Source: Alphaproteobacteria bacterium (GTDB lineage Bacteria; Pseudomonadota; Alphaproteobacteria; Bin95). From it: 64,000 nt of DNA. A program made the position numbers and the translations under genes. Shown here in pieces: positions 18,530 through 28,659 of the stretch (within the stretch, counting starts at the first letter, position 1; every line of letters starts with the position of its first letter). The stretch is from positions 960,001 through 1,024,000 of the forward strand of contig OZ219787.1 of assembly GCA_964291285.2 (NCBI GenBank), written 5' to 3'. The notes under the pieces are model-generated. The model did no database searches, was not told the origin of the DNA, and saw only the letters and a program-made list of their open reading frames with translations.

Positions 18530-19405
18530 TCATACGGCCCACAGCGGCGGCGCGCCGGGGCGGTGGAAGTCGATCCAGGCGCCGAGGCCGTCCGACGGCG
18601 GCACCAGCAGGCGGTCCGGCCGCCCATGGACGGTAATGCCCGCGTTCGCAAGAAGGAAGCGCGAGCGATCGAGGTCGGCGCTCTCGATGCCGACGGCGGC
18701 GCCGAAGGGCGGCGGCGGGTGGGGCGCGTCCGGCAACAGGGCGCCGAGCGCATCCGGGCCCGCTAGCGCGAAGCGGCCGCGGTCGAGCGCGATCTCGAAA
18801 ACCGGTCCCGACCTGCGCGCGGGGCGGTTGGCGAAGCGGGCGTAGCGGCCGGCGGCCTCTTCCGGGTCGGCGACGATCTGCAGGAAGCCGGTGAGCGCCC
18901 GCGCGGCGTTGGCGTGGCGGTCCATGCCCGGCAGCCAGATGAGGTCCGGCGTCTCGTGGGTGAGCAGCTGCACCCGGCCTTCCGGCATCGCCTCGGCCGT
19001 TGCCCGGCGCACGGTCGCGCGCACGATGCGGCCGTCCTCCAGCGGGCGGCGCAGGAAGACGGTCGGGCGCATGTCCGTGCCGCCGGCATCGTGCTCTTCG
19101 ACCCGTTCATGCGCGAGCGCAATTAGGTGCAGCCCCTCATAGCGCGCGACGCCGGCGGCGAGTTCCGCACCAAGCGGCGTATCCGCTGCCTGGCCCAGCG
19201 CCTCGATATAGCCCGCCTCGAACGTGATCAGCCGGTTGGCGGTGCCCGACCGCACGAGTTCGCCGTCAGCGCTGTTGTAGTGGATGTTGACCGGCGACAC
19301 GGTGAAGCCGAGCCGCTCGAACCGGGCGGCGGCCCCCTCCAGATCGGCGAGGAAATAGCCGACATGGTCCAGGAAAAGCTCGTTGCCCGTCGGAAGCTGT
19401 TTCAT
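18530..19405 (-). CDS. VOC/glyoxalase-like protein
   Basis: LDHVG, GTANRLI..YIE, HANAA motifs; ATGA overlap with the upstream MFS gene. Confidence 0.8.
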   Translation of the reverse strand: MKQLPTGNELFLDHVGYFLADLEGAAARFERLGFTVSPVNIHYNSADGELVRSGTANRLITFEAGYIEALGQAADTPLGAELAAGVARYEGLHLIALAHERVEEHDAGGTDMRPTVFLRRPLEDGRIVRATVRRATAEAMPEGRVQLLTHETPDLIWLPGMDRHANAARALTGFLQIVADPEEAAGRYARFANRPARRSGPVFEIALDRGRFALAGPDALGALLPDAPHPPPPFGAAVGIESADLDRSRFLLANAGITVHGRPDRLLVPPSDGLGAWIDFHRPGAPPLWAV

Positions 19406-20616
19406 GCCGTTGCCCTCGCGCGGCTGACATTGCGGTTCGTCTCGACGAAGGTGGCGACGGCGAGCAGCATGACGGCCGCGCTGCCGAAGAACACCCAGCG
19501 CGGGTCGCCCATGTCCATCACCCAGCCGAACAGGACCGGCGTCATGAAGCCTCCGATGGACAGCCCGGTGGAGGTGAAGCCGAACACCTTGCCCATCTGC
19601 CCCGGCGGCGAGATGCGGCGCACCAGCAGGTCGCGGGTCGGCATGATCGCGCCGTGCGCGATGCCCGAGACCATCATCAGCGGGAGGATGCCGTAGAGCG
19701 GCAGCGGAACCGCGCCGATGATGTTGACCGCGACGAACACCGTGCCGATGGCGCCGAAGAACACGAGCTGCGGGCGCCCGGTGCGGTCCACCAGCCAGCC
19801 GCCAGCCAGATTGCCGACCGAGGCCGCCACCATATAGGCGATCAGCGCCTTGGCGATGACCGTGTCCTCGAAGCCGCGCAGGTCGTGCAGCGCCGGAATG
19901 CCGAAGGTGCGGATGCCGCCGAGCGACATGGAATGGAACATCTGGAACAGGAACAGCAGCACGACCGGCACCGTCAGCAGCAGCGCGATCCCGTCCGAGG
20001 TCGAGCCGCCCTGTTCGCGCCGCCGCGCCCTGCCGTCGGCGCTTTCCAGATGCCGGGACTGGAGCAGGAGCGCAAAGGAGACGGCGATCCCGATGGCGCC
20101 GGCCGTCAGGAAGACGCCCCGGAGGCCGACGATGTCGGCGAGGTCGGGACCGAGCAGCGCCAGGATCCACCCGGCATTGCCGGCGACGGCGTGGATGGAG
20201 AAGGCGCGCCCCATGCGGTGCTCGGCGACCGATGCCGACAGAATGGCGTAGTCGGCGGGGTGGAAGACGGAGTTGGCGATGCCGCCGATGACCGCGAGCG
20301 GCAGCATGGCCCAGAAGGAGGAGACCAGCCCGAAGCCCATCACGGCTCCGGAAAGCACGGCAACGCCCAGGATGAGCGGCGCCCGCCCGCCGATGCGGTC
20401 GACGATGAATCCGACGCCCGTCTGGCAGACCGCCGCGCCGACCGAGAAGGCGCCCGCCAGGATGCCGATTTCCAGATAGCTGAAGCCGTGCTCGTCGTGC
20501 ATGCGCACCGAAAGCGGCAGCAGCATGAACACGAACATGTGGCTCATCGTGTGCCCGACGGCCACGAGACCGATGACCCGCGCATCGCGGGAGAAGCTGT
20601 CGACGGGCGTCGTCAT
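19402..20616 (-). CDS. MFS transporter (Fsr-like)
   Basis: About 12 TM segments; DRIGGR and NSVFHPADY motifs. Confidence 0.88.
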   Translation of the reverse strand: MTTPVDSFSRDARVIGLVAVGHTMSHMFVFMLLPLSVRMHDEHGFSYLEIGILAGAFSVGAAVCQTGVGFIVDRIGGRAPLILGVAVLSGAVMGFGLVSSFWAMLPLAVIGGIANSVFHPADYAILSASVAEHRMGRAFSIHAVAGNAGWILALLGPDLADIVGLRGVFLTAGAIGIAVSFALLLQSRHLESADGRARRREQGGSTSDGIALLLTVPVVLLFLFQMFHSMSLGGIRTFGIPALHDLRGFEDTVIAKALIAYMVAASVGNLAGGWLVDRTGRPQLVFFGAIGTVFVAVNIIGAVPLPLYGILPLMMVSGIAHGAIMPTRDLLVRRISPPGQMGKVFGFTSTGLSIGGFMTPVLFGWVMDMGDPRWVFFGSAAVMLLAVATFVETNRNVSRARATA

Positions 20617-21368
20617 GCAGGCAGTCGGGCGAGGAATCCGGAGACGGCGGCGTTGAATGCCGCGGGATTGTCGAGATTGGCCGTGTGGCCGGCGTCCGGC
20701 AGGATGACCTTCTTGGCGTCCGGAATCTTCCGGGCCATGTAGTCGATGCCGGCCAGGAAGGGAGTATCGCGCTCGCCGGCCAGCACCAGCGCCGGCACCC
20801 GGATCGACGGCAGCGCTTCCAGCACGCTGCCGTCATGGTGGCGCATCATGTATCGGGCTGCGCGCGCGACGCCGGCGAGGTCGCGGTGGCCGTCCGGCTC
20901 AAGGCTCTCCAGGGCGCGCGGTTCGCGCGCGGCGATCCGCTCGCCCCGCTCCTTCGCCCGCTCGTTCCATGCGTTGCGCGGCTCGTCGCGGCGGAAGCCG
21001 GGGCCGCAGTCGAACAGCATCAGCGCCCGCACCCGCTCCGGGTGGCGGAGGTGGAAGGCGAGCGACAGATAGCCGCCGAGAGAGAGCCCGCCGACGACCG
21101 CCCGTTCGACGCCTTCAGCGTCCAGCAACGCCAGCATGTCGGCGACGCAGGCTTCCGGGTCGTACAGCCCCTCATCCTCGGGCGAGTCGCTCCGGCCGTG
21201 CCCGCGCAGGTCCCAGAGGATGAGCCGGTGGGAGGGCGCCAGCGCCTCGACCTGGCCGGCCCACATGCGCGCCGTCAGCCCGAAGCCGTGGGTGAGCAGA
21301 ACCGCCGGGCCCTCTCCATGCGTCTCGTAGTGGATCGCGGCGCCGGGGCCGCGGGCAAGGCGGCTCAT
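20613..21368 (-). CDS. Alpha/beta hydrolase
   Basis: THGF, DLRGHGRS, GLSLGG nucleophile elbow, AGH motifs. Confidence 0.88.
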   Translation of the reverse strand: MSRLARGPGAAIHYETHGEGPAVLLTHGFGLTARMWAGQVEALAPSHRLILWDLRGHGRSDSPEDEGLYDPEACVADMLALLDAEGVERAVVGGLSLGGYLSLAFHLRHPERVRALMLFDCGPGFRRDEPRNAWNERAKERGERIAAREPRALESLEPDGHRDLAGVARAARYMMRHHDGSVLEALPSIRVPALVLAGERDTPFLAGIDYMARKIPDAKKVILPDAGHTANLDNPAAFNAAVSGFLARLPA

Positions 21369-22705
21369 GCGGCGAGCGCCTCCGGCCAGACGGGATCGTT
21401 GGAGCCGAGCGGCACGGAGGGCCGCGCCCAGTGCGGCGGCGTGCGGGACATCTGCGCGATCGGGGCCAGGTGCGTCAGCCGGCCGTGCGGCGTGTCGCTC
21501 TCCATCGTGATCGCCGCGAGTTCCTCCGGCGCGAGTTCCGCCGGCGCATCCTGCCAGTCCTCGACGAGGCCCATGCCCTTGATCCATTCCGCCATGCCGG
21601 CGAGCGATAGCTGCACATGCCAGGTCCCGCCTTCTTCCGCCCGGCGCAGCAGGGCCGTCACGGCGCCCCAGGCGGCCAGGTAGCCGGCGCAATAGTCGAG
21701 CGGCTGCACCGGAAGGTTGCGCGGCGCTTTTGCGCTGCCCTGCACGGTGGACATGCCGGAGGCGTTCTGCACGATGCTGTCGAAGCCCCGGCGCGAGGCG
21801 AAGGGCCCTTCATGGCCGTAGGCCGAAAGCGAGACATAGACCTTGCCGGGGCCGATATCCCGGGGGCCGAAGCCGCGCGCCGCGAGCGTGCCCGGGCGGT
21901 AGCTCTGCACGAACACATCGGCTTCGGAAGCGAGCGCGCGAAGCTGCGCCCGGCCGCGTTCCTCGCGCAGATCGACGAAGGCGGAGAGCTTGCCGTGGCC
22001 CGTGTCCATGACGAGCGTCGGCGCGAAGGGCAGGTGCGGCCCGGCGATGCGCATGCAGTCCGCGCCGTGCTCGGCGAGCGTGCGCCCGCAGGTCGGCCCG
22101 GCCAGAACGCGCGTCAGGTCCAGCACGCGAATGCCCGCCAGCGGCCGGTCGCCGCCGCGCGGTGCGGTCTTCGGCCCGGCGCCGATGCGCTCGATCGTGA
22201 TCGGCGGCAGCGCCGCCAGCGCCCGGCCCTGCGGGTGGGCGGCCCATTCTTCCGGCGTGCGCGTCATCGCGCCGCAGAGGCCGGCGACGGCTATCGCGTC
22301 CTCGAATTCCTGCCCGCCGCGCGCCGCGACCGCGTCGGCGAAGGCCTGCTTCTCCGCCTTCGCGCCGAGCAACGCCAGCATTCCCTCGCGGTGGTGCGGG
22401 AAGTTGCAGTGCAGGAAGACATGCCGCCCGTCGCCGGTCGGCCAGGTCCCCGAGAACGGGTCCCACAGGGAGGAGGGCGCCGCGCCGTCGATTTTCAGAT
22501 AGGTGGCGGAGCGCATGGCCGCGGCCGCATGGCGGCGGTCCACCGTCACAGACTGGCGCTCGCCTGTGCGCAGCTCCCAGAAGTCGGCGGCCGCCTGCGC
22601 GGAGGCGGCGATAGCGGCGGCGCCCGCCTCGCCGATGCGGTAGGGCGTGGGCAGCACCGGGTCGGTCCCGGTCAGTGGAACATTCCGGATGGCTTGATGT
22701 ATCAT
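21365..22705 (-). CDS. Family III (CaiB/BaiF) CoA transferase, long form
   Basis: IRVLDLTRVLAGP, GHGK, ADVFVQSYRPG, RRGFDS motifs. Confidence 0.85.
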   Translation of the reverse strand: MIHQAIRNVPLTGTDPVLPTPYRIGEAGAAAIAASAQAAADFWELRTGERQSVTVDRRHAAAAMRSATYLKIDGAAPSSLWDPFSGTWPTGDGRHVFLHCNFPHHREGMLALLGAKAEKQAFADAVAARGGQEFEDAIAVAGLCGAMTRTPEEWAAHPQGRALAALPPITIERIGAGPKTAPRGGDRPLAGIRVLDLTRVLAGPTCGRTLAEHGADCMRIAGPHLPFAPTLVMDTGHGKLSAFVDLREERGRAQLRALASEADVFVQSYRPGTLAARGFGPRDIGPGKVYVSLSAYGHEGPFASRRGFDSIVQNASGMSTVQGSAKAPRNLPVQPLDYCAGYLAAWGAVTALLRRAEEGGTWHVQLSLAGMAEWIKGMGLVEDWQDAPAELAPEELAAITMESDTPHGRLTHLAPIAQMSRTPPHWARPSVPLGSNDPVWPEALAA

Positions 22706-22732
22706 CCGGCAAGCATAGCAAGGAGGAAACCG

Positions 22733-23941
22733 ATGGGCGATGCGCCGCTGGCGGGCATTACCGTGCTCGACCTGACCCAATTCGAAGCCGGGCCGTCCTG
22801 CACGGAGGCGCTGGCCTGGCACGGCGCCAATGTCATCAAGGTGGAGGAGCCCCGGCGCGGCGACCAGGGCCGGCTCGGTATCTCCGAGCGCCCGGACATG
22901 GACTCGCTCTATTTCATCCTGCTCAACTGCAACAAGCGCTCGATCACCTGCAACCTCAAGGAGGAAGGCGGCAAGCAGGTCCTCCGCCGCCTGATCGCGA
23001 AGGCGGACGTGCTGATCGAGAACTTCGCGCCGGGCGCCATCGAGCGGCTGGGCTTCGGCTGGGACGAACTGCAGAAGATCAACCCGCGCCTCGTCTTCGC
23101 GCAGGTGAAGGGCTTCGCCACCGACGGCCCCTACGCCAAATATCTCTCCTTCGACATGATCGCGCAGGCGACGGGCGGCGTGATGAGCATCACGGGCATG
23201 CCGGACGGGGTGCCGATCCGCCCCGGCGCCACCATCGGCGACACCGGCACGGGCCTGCATATGTGCGTCTCGATCCTCTCCGCGCTCTTCCAGCGCGAGC
23301 GCACCGGGCGCGGCCAGCACCTCCAGGTCGCGATGCAGGACGCGATGACCAACTATTGCCGCGTCACCTTCTCGCGCCAGCCGATGATGGAGCACCCGGC
23401 GCCCAGGCTCGGAAACTCGGTCGCCTCGGGCGCGCCGGGCGGGCTCTTCCCCTGCAAGGGCGGCGGGCCGAACGACTATTGCTTCATCTTCGTCGCCCGC
23501 GACCTGACGGCGCATTGGGAGCGGGTCTGCAAGGCCATCGGGCGCGAGGACATGCTGGCCGACCCGCGCTTCTGCGACGGGCTGAAGCGCATCGAGCACA
23601 AGGCCGAGATCGAGGAGAACGTGTCGGCCTGGACCCGCGAGCGCACCAAGCAGGAGGTGATGGAGGCCATCGGCGGGGCGGGTGTGCCGGCGGGCGCCGT
23701 GTTCAACATCAAGGACCTGATCTCCAGCGAGGACATGCACCGCCGGGGCATCATGCAGACCGTCGAGCATCCGGCCCGGGGCGCGGTGGTGGTGCCGGCC
23801 TGGCCGGTGCGCTTCGGCGGCGAGGCGATCGACGTGGTGCGGGCGCCGCTGCTCGGCGAGCACAACGAGGCGGTGCTGGGCGAATTGCTGGACATGCCCC
23901 CCTCGGAGGTGGCGGACCTGAAGCAGGCCGGCGCGCTTTGA
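22733..23941 (+). CDS. Family III CoA transferase (formyl-CoA transferase-like)
   Basis: LDLTQFEAGPSCT, NCNKRS, ENFAPG, IGDTGTG motifs; AGGAGG RBS. Confidence 0.88.
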   Translation: MGDAPLAGITVLDLTQFEAGPSCTEALAWHGANVIKVEEPRRGDQGRLGISERPDMDSLYFILLNCNKRSITCNLKEEGGKQVLRRLIAKADVLIENFAPGAIERLGFGWDELQKINPRLVFAQVKGFATDGPYAKYLSFDMIAQATGGVMSITGMPDGVPIRPGATIGDTGTGLHMCVSILSALFQRERTGRGQHLQVAMQDAMTNYCRVTFSRQPMMEHPAPRLGNSVASGAPGGLFPCKGGGPNDYCFIFVARDLTAHWERVCKAIGREDMLADPRFCDGLKRIEHKAEIEENVSAWTRERTKQEVMEAIGGAGVPAGAVFNIKDLISSEDMHRRGIMQTVEHPARGAVVVPAWPVRFGGEAIDVVRAPLLGEHNEAVLGELLDMPPSEVADLKQAGAL

Positions 23942-23951
23942 CGCGGCCGCG

Positions 23952-24539
23952 ATGATCCGGGGCGGCGAGGAGCTGCGCGCTCTTGCCGCCGCGCCGCCGG
24001 AGCTTCGGCCCGGGGTGCGGCGGTTCTATTTCCTGAGGCACGGCGAGACCGCCGGCAATGCCAGCTTCATCGTGCAGAGCCCGGTCATCCCGCTGAACGA
24101 AGCGGGCCGGGCGCAGGCGGCGCGGGCGGCGAAGAAACTTGCCGCAGCCGGGGAGATTACCCGTATCGAAGCCAGCAGCTATCCGCGCGCCTATGAGACG
24201 GCGCAGGCCGTCGCGCGTCTGCTCGCCGTGCCGATGAACGCAACGCCCCGGCTGGGCGAACGGCTGTTCGGGGAGCTTGTCGGCCAGAGCGCGCTGGAGC
24301 TCGACTGGCGAGCCCGTCCCGCCGGCGGCGAGACGCTGGAGGCGTTCGTCGCGCGCACCAAATCCGCCGCGGCCGACACGCTCGACGGCAGCGATGTTCC
24401 CTGCATCGTCGCGCATGGCGGCAATCTGCGCGTCATCATGGCGGCCCTCGGCGCGGACTTCCGCGACGAACTCGCGCCCAATGCGGCACCGATCCGCTTC
24501 GACCGTTCGGACGCGGGCTGGACGGTGACGCTCCTGTAG
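23952..24539 (+). CDS. Histidine phosphatase family protein
   Basis: LRHGET, RAYETA, VAHGG motifs. Confidence 0.85.
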   Translation: MIRGGEELRALAAAPPELRPGVRRFYFLRHGETAGNASFIVQSPVIPLNEAGRAQAARAAKKLAAAGEITRIEASSYPRAYETAQAVARLLAVPMNATPRLGERLFGELVGQSALELDWRARPAGGETLEAFVARTKSAAADTLDGSDVPCIVAHGGNLRVIMAALGADFRDELAPNAAPIRFDRSDAGWTVTLL

Positions 24540-24546
24540 CCCCGCC

Positions 24547-25302
24547 TCAGCCCCGCTTCGCGGCAAGCGTCAGCACGCAGCGATAGACGACTTCGACGAA
24601 GCCGTCCGCGTTCGCGTGCCGGCCCGTGAGCGCCTCGACCTCGCGGTCGAAGACCTCCGCCCCGGCGGCGTCGCGCGCGGCCTGCGCCCGCGAGGACGAG
24701 CGGGACATCGCCATGAAGGCGTCCGGGCGCATCGGCCTCGTCCAGGCTTCGCTTTCCTCCTGCGTACGGGCCGTCCAGCCGAGCGCGTCGAGCTCGCCCC
24801 GGATGTCGAACTCGCGGTAGTCGCGCCGGTAGCCGGGGCTGTAGCGTTCGAGCAGGTCTTCGTAGCCGCTGGCGAAAGCGTCTCGCCGCCAGTCCCGGTT
24901 GTTGTAGAGGATGGCGACGGCCCCGCCCGGCTTCAGCACCCGTTCGCACTCCCGCCAGAAGGCCGGCCGGTCGAACCAGTGGAGCGCCTGCGCAGAGAAG
25001 ACGAGGTCGATTATCCCGTCCTCTGAGGGCAGCGCCTCCGCCCTGCCGTCCAGCCAGCGTATTCCCGGCGCAGCCTCCGCCTCCTGCCGCATGGCCGGGC
25101 TCGGCTCCACCGCCAGAATGGACGCCCGCAGGCCCAGGACGCCGGCCAGCGCGCGCGTGCCGATGCCGGTGCCCGCGCCCGCATCCAGCACCTCGACCGG
25201 CCCCTCCGGCAGCCAGCCGGCGATGAGCGCGACCAGCCGCTCCGGATATTGCGGCCGGGCCTGCCGGTAGTCCCCGGCGATGCGCTCATAGTCGGGTTTC
25301 AC
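24547..25302 (-). CDS. Class I SAM-dependent methyltransferase
   Basis: RPQYP, DAGAGTG, AQALHWFD motifs. Confidence 0.88.
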   Translation of the reverse strand: MKPDYERIAGDYRQARPQYPERLVALIAGWLPEGPVEVLDAGAGTGIGTRALAGVLGLRASILAVEPSPAMRQEAEAAPGIRWLDGRAEALPSEDGIIDLVFSAQALHWFDRPAFWRECERVLKPGGAVAILYNNRDWRRDAFASGYEDLLERYSPGYRRDYREFDIRGELDALGWTARTQEESEAWTRPMRPDAFMAMSRSSSRAQAARDAAGAEVFDREVEALTGRHANADGFVEVVYRCVLTLAAKRG

Positions 25303-25331
25303 GCCTGCCGCCTGCTGTTAGGATGGCGGGT

Positions 25332-26042
25332 ATGCTACCGGAAGCCTTCCTTGCCCGCACCGCCGCCGATGTCGGCCGGCCCGCGCTTGCCGTGCTGCCG
25401 GTGGGGGCGTTCGAGCAGCATGGGAGCCACCTGCCGCTCGCGACCGACAGCCTGATCGCGGGCGCGCTGGCGGCCGGGCTGGCGGAGAAACTCGGCGCGC
25501 TGCTGCTGCCGGTGCTGCCCGTCTCCTGCTCGCAGGAGCATGCGGGCTTTCCCGGCACCGTCTGGCTGGCGGCGGGCACGCTGGCGGCCGTCGTCGGCGA
25601 CATCCGCGCGAGCCTCGCGCATGCCGGCATCGAACGGCTCGCCATCGTCAATGCGCATGGCGGCAACCTGGTGCTGGCGCATCTCGCGCGCGAAGCCAAT
25701 CTCGACGGCCCGCGCGTCTGGCTCGGCCCCGGCCGGCATATCCAGGAGGCCGCCTTCGCCGCCGCCGGCATCGAGACGAGCGTGCATGACGACATGCATG
25801 CGGGCGAATACGAAACCTCGGTCCTGCTCCACTGCTGGCCCGGCCTCGTGCGCATGGCCGAGGCCGCCGACGAGCTTGCCGAACGCCCGCAACTCGCCGT
25901 CAGGGGCCTCGCCGCCTACAGCCGCTCCGGCACGGTCGGCCGCCCCACCCGCGCCACGGCCGCGAAGGGCGGGGCCGCGCTCGCGGCGATGGTGGAGGCG
26001 ATGGCGGCAGAGGTGAGGGAGCTCTTCGGCCTGGAGGCCTGA
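25332..26042 (+). CDS. Creatininase/amidohydrolase family protein
   Basis: EQHGSHLPLATD, NAHGGN, HAGEYETS motifs; start at 25323 or 25332. Confidence 0.88.
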   Translation: MLPEAFLARTAADVGRPALAVLPVGAFEQHGSHLPLATDSLIAGALAAGLAEKLGALLLPVLPVSCSQEHAGFPGTVWLAAGTLAAVVGDIRASLAHAGIERLAIVNAHGGNLVLAHLAREANLDGPRVWLGPGRHIQEAAFAAAGIETSVHDDMHAGEYETSVLLHCWPGLVRMAEAADELAERPQLAVRGLAAYSRSGTVGRPTRATAAKGGAALAAMVEAMAAEVRELFGLEA

Positions 26043-26048
26043 TCCGCG

Positions 26049-27725
26049 CTACGCGGCGGCGGCGCGGCAGAAGCAGGAGCTTTCTATCGGGATGTCGGCG
26101 CGCGCCTTCGCGAAGTCGAGCCTCTGGCGCAGCAGCCGCAGTTCGTTGGCGTCCCCGGCCTGCGCCACGCATTCGACGAGCCCCTGCAGCGCCCAGACAT
26201 TGTCGGGATGCTGGCAGCAGCGCGGCAGGTCCCCGCCATAGCCGAGGTCTTCGCGGAACACGGCCTCGGCCTCGCGGAACAGGCCCTGCTCGGCCAGCAG
26301 CGCGCCCAGCGCATGGCGCGGCGGATGCATCCAGGCCCAGGGCTCGGTGTAGTTGAGCGAGTCGTCCCGCGAAACCGCGAGCCGCAGGCTTTCGAAGGCG
26401 CGGTCGTGGTTGCCCTTCCGGTATTCCAGTTCGCCCACCAGCATGGCCTCGCCGACGCGGAGCATGTCGCGGACCGTGTTGCTGAGGAAGATGGCGTCCT
26501 CGGAAATCGCCGCTGCGGCCTCGTCGAACGCCGCCCTGGCCGCCTCCGCCGCATCGATATTGCCGAGCGCGGCGTGCGCCACGCCCTGCCCGTAGGCGTG
26601 CATGGCGGCGCCGATCGGGCGCAGCGAGGCATCCTCCGGCCCGCTCGACGCGGCAAGCTCGCGCCAGCGGCCGAAGCGCACCGCGACATGGGTGCACATG
26701 GCGGAATGGCCGTCCAGGATCGACGCCATGAAGGGCGCGCTCCGGGCGATCAATTCGGACTTTGCCACCTTGCGGATGCGTTCGGCGGCATGGGCGGCCC
26801 TGCCGTGCTGGCCGAGGAACATGGCCGCATACATGAACAGGTGGAGGTCGTGGCACCGCGCGGTGGTGTAGAAGTTCCCGTCCCCGGCATAGGCGAGATA
26901 CCTGTCGTCGGCGCGGACCGCGCGCTCGCTCTGCGAGACGGACTGGGCATAGTCGCCGCAGAGCACGTAGATGTGCGCCGGCATGTGCTCCATGTGGCCC
27001 GCATCGGGGGCGTAGCCGCGCAGCATGTCGGCGGCGTTCAGGGAGCGCTCGGGAAAGGGCGACATTTCCAGCGTGTGGATATACATGTGCGGAATGCCCG
27101 GATGGACGGGGCCGCCCCGCCCGATCCGGTCCATCCAGCGCTCCAGCACCGGCATCGCCTCCATCGTGCGCGCATCCGGGTCGGGCTCCCCGGTCTGCAG
27201 GTTCCAGAGCCGGCGCGGCGTGCAGGTGATCGCGGCCTCGACATAGAGCGCGGCGATATCGGGATCGTCCGGATATGCCCGGCAGGCCTCGCGCATGGCG
27301 TCGGCATAGTCCCGGTGCCAGGCGTCCAGCACCGCGCGGTCCCTCTCATGGCCGTTCCGGTAACGCTTCGCGAGCGCCTGTATGAGCACCCGTTCGGCCG
27401 GCGCCGCATCGCCCGCGAGCGCCAGCGCGGCCTCCACCGCCTCATGGCAGACCGGCAATATCTCGGCGATCTCGGCGTCGGAGTAGCGGATCCACGCCCG
27501 GTTGTAGAAGGGGCCCGACGCATGGGCGATGCCCCACCGGGCCATGGCGCAGGCAGGGTCCGCCTCCGCCGCCCGCCGGTAGCAGGCGGCGGCCTCGTCG
27601 TGGTTGAAGGCGAAGTTCCAGTTCAGCCCGCGGTCGAACCAGCGCTGCGCGGCCGCCGATGCGGTCGAGACCCTGCGCGTCCAGGGGCCGAGATCGAAAT
27701 CGTAGCGCACGCCGGTTTCAGCCAT
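26049..27725 (-). CDS. Conserved TPR-like protein
   Basis: AQRWFDRGL..FNHDEAA, HMYIH, HMPAHIY, HPDNVWAL; alpha-helical repeats. Confidence 0.75.
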   Translation of the reverse strand: MAETGVRYDFDLGPWTRRVSTASAAAQRWFDRGLNWNFAFNHDEAAACYRRAAEADPACAMARWGIAHASGPFYNRAWIRYSDAEIAEILPVCHEAVEAALALAGDAAPAERVLIQALAKRYRNGHERDRAVLDAWHRDYADAMREACRAYPDDPDIAALYVEAAITCTPRRLWNLQTGEPDPDARTMEAMPVLERWMDRIGRGGPVHPGIPHMYIHTLEMSPFPERSLNAADMLRGYAPDAGHMEHMPAHIYVLCGDYAQSVSQSERAVRADDRYLAYAGDGNFYTTARCHDLHLFMYAAMFLGQHGRAAHAAERIRKVAKSELIARSAPFMASILDGHSAMCTHVAVRFGRWRELAASSGPEDASLRPIGAAMHAYGQGVAHAALGNIDAAEAARAAFDEAAAAISEDAIFLSNTVRDMLRVGEAMLVGELEYRKGNHDRAFESLRLAVSRDDSLNYTEPWAWMHPPRHALGALLAEQGLFREAEAVFREDLGYGGDLPRCCQHPDNVWALQGLVECVAQAGDANELRLLRQRLDFAKARADIPIESSCFCRAAAA

Positions 27726-28537
27726 CACGCCGGCACGGCATAGCCCGCGTCCCGGGCCGCCCGGTCCCATTCCAGGGTCGGCGCGAAGGTCTCCCGCGCG
27801 ACCGTCTCGAATCCCTCGATCAGCAGCGCGTCGCGGAAGCGCCCGAACCAGGGCCGCGTATGCGCCGCCGCAAAGGCGTCCCGCAGGCGCTTGACCGTTT
27901 CCGCTGGCAGGGCCGGCGCGGCGACGAAGGCCGGCATCGGCGCGGTCGCGGTCGACTCCAGTATGCGGACCCCCTCCGTAATCGCGGGCTGGTATTTCCG
28001 CATCAGCATGTGCCAGTAGGCGTCCAGCGGCCCGATGTCGATGCTGCCGTCCAGCACGCTGTCGAGGATGCGCCGCGCCGTCACGAGATGGCCGACCGAC
28101 TGCCGGTAAAGCCGCGCCCGGCCCTCGCCCCGCCAGGGCAGGAGATGATGGCGCAGCGCGTTGAAGCCCGAATGCGAATGCTCGACGGTCCAGCCGACCG
28201 CGCCGCCGAACGTGTCCGCGAGCGCGGCGTAGGGCGCGTCCTTCCGCACGATCAGGTCGGACCGGTAAACCGCCCGTCCCCCGGCCCAGGGCGCGGCGGG
28301 CACGGGCGAAGCCAGCGGCACGACCTCGGCGATGCCGAGCGCGATGGGATAACCGCACATCTGCACGCAGCCGAGATCGGTGCGGCGCCACAACTCTTCC
28401 AGCGGTTGCGGCGCCGCGTAGGCCAGGTAGTCGAACGACGCGCCGGCGTCCTCCGCCACATGCGCGACCAGGTCCCTCCACTCCGCCTCGGCTTCCGGGC
28501 TGACGGCATACATGCGGGCGTTGGAGATGAACGTCAT
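27725..28537 (-). CDS. PhnD/SsuA-like substrate-binding-fold protein without a signal peptide
   Basis: QMCGYP, YRSDLIV, SHSGFNAL, DIGPLD motifs. Confidence 0.75.
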   Translation of the reverse strand: MTFISNARMYAVSPEAEAEWRDLVAHVAEDAGASFDYLAYAAPQPLEELWRRTDLGCVQMCGYPIALGIAEVVPLASPVPAAPWAGGRAVYRSDLIVRKDAPYAALADTFGGAVGWTVEHSHSGFNALRHHLLPWRGEGRARLYRQSVGHLVTARRILDSVLDGSIDIGPLDAYWHMLMRKYQPAITEGVRILESTATAPMPAFVAAPALPAETVKRLRDAFAAAHTRPWFGRFRDALLIEGFETVARETFAPTLEWDRAARDAGYAVPA

Positions 28538-28659
28538 GGCCGCCCAGCCTGCCACGCGCCGGGCGCAACCTCCAGATGCGATGCGCGGGCCTTGCAGCCC
28601 CGGCCGGCGCCGTATGCCCCATCCCGTTCCGGCCCGCTATCCGGCACACCCGCGCACCG

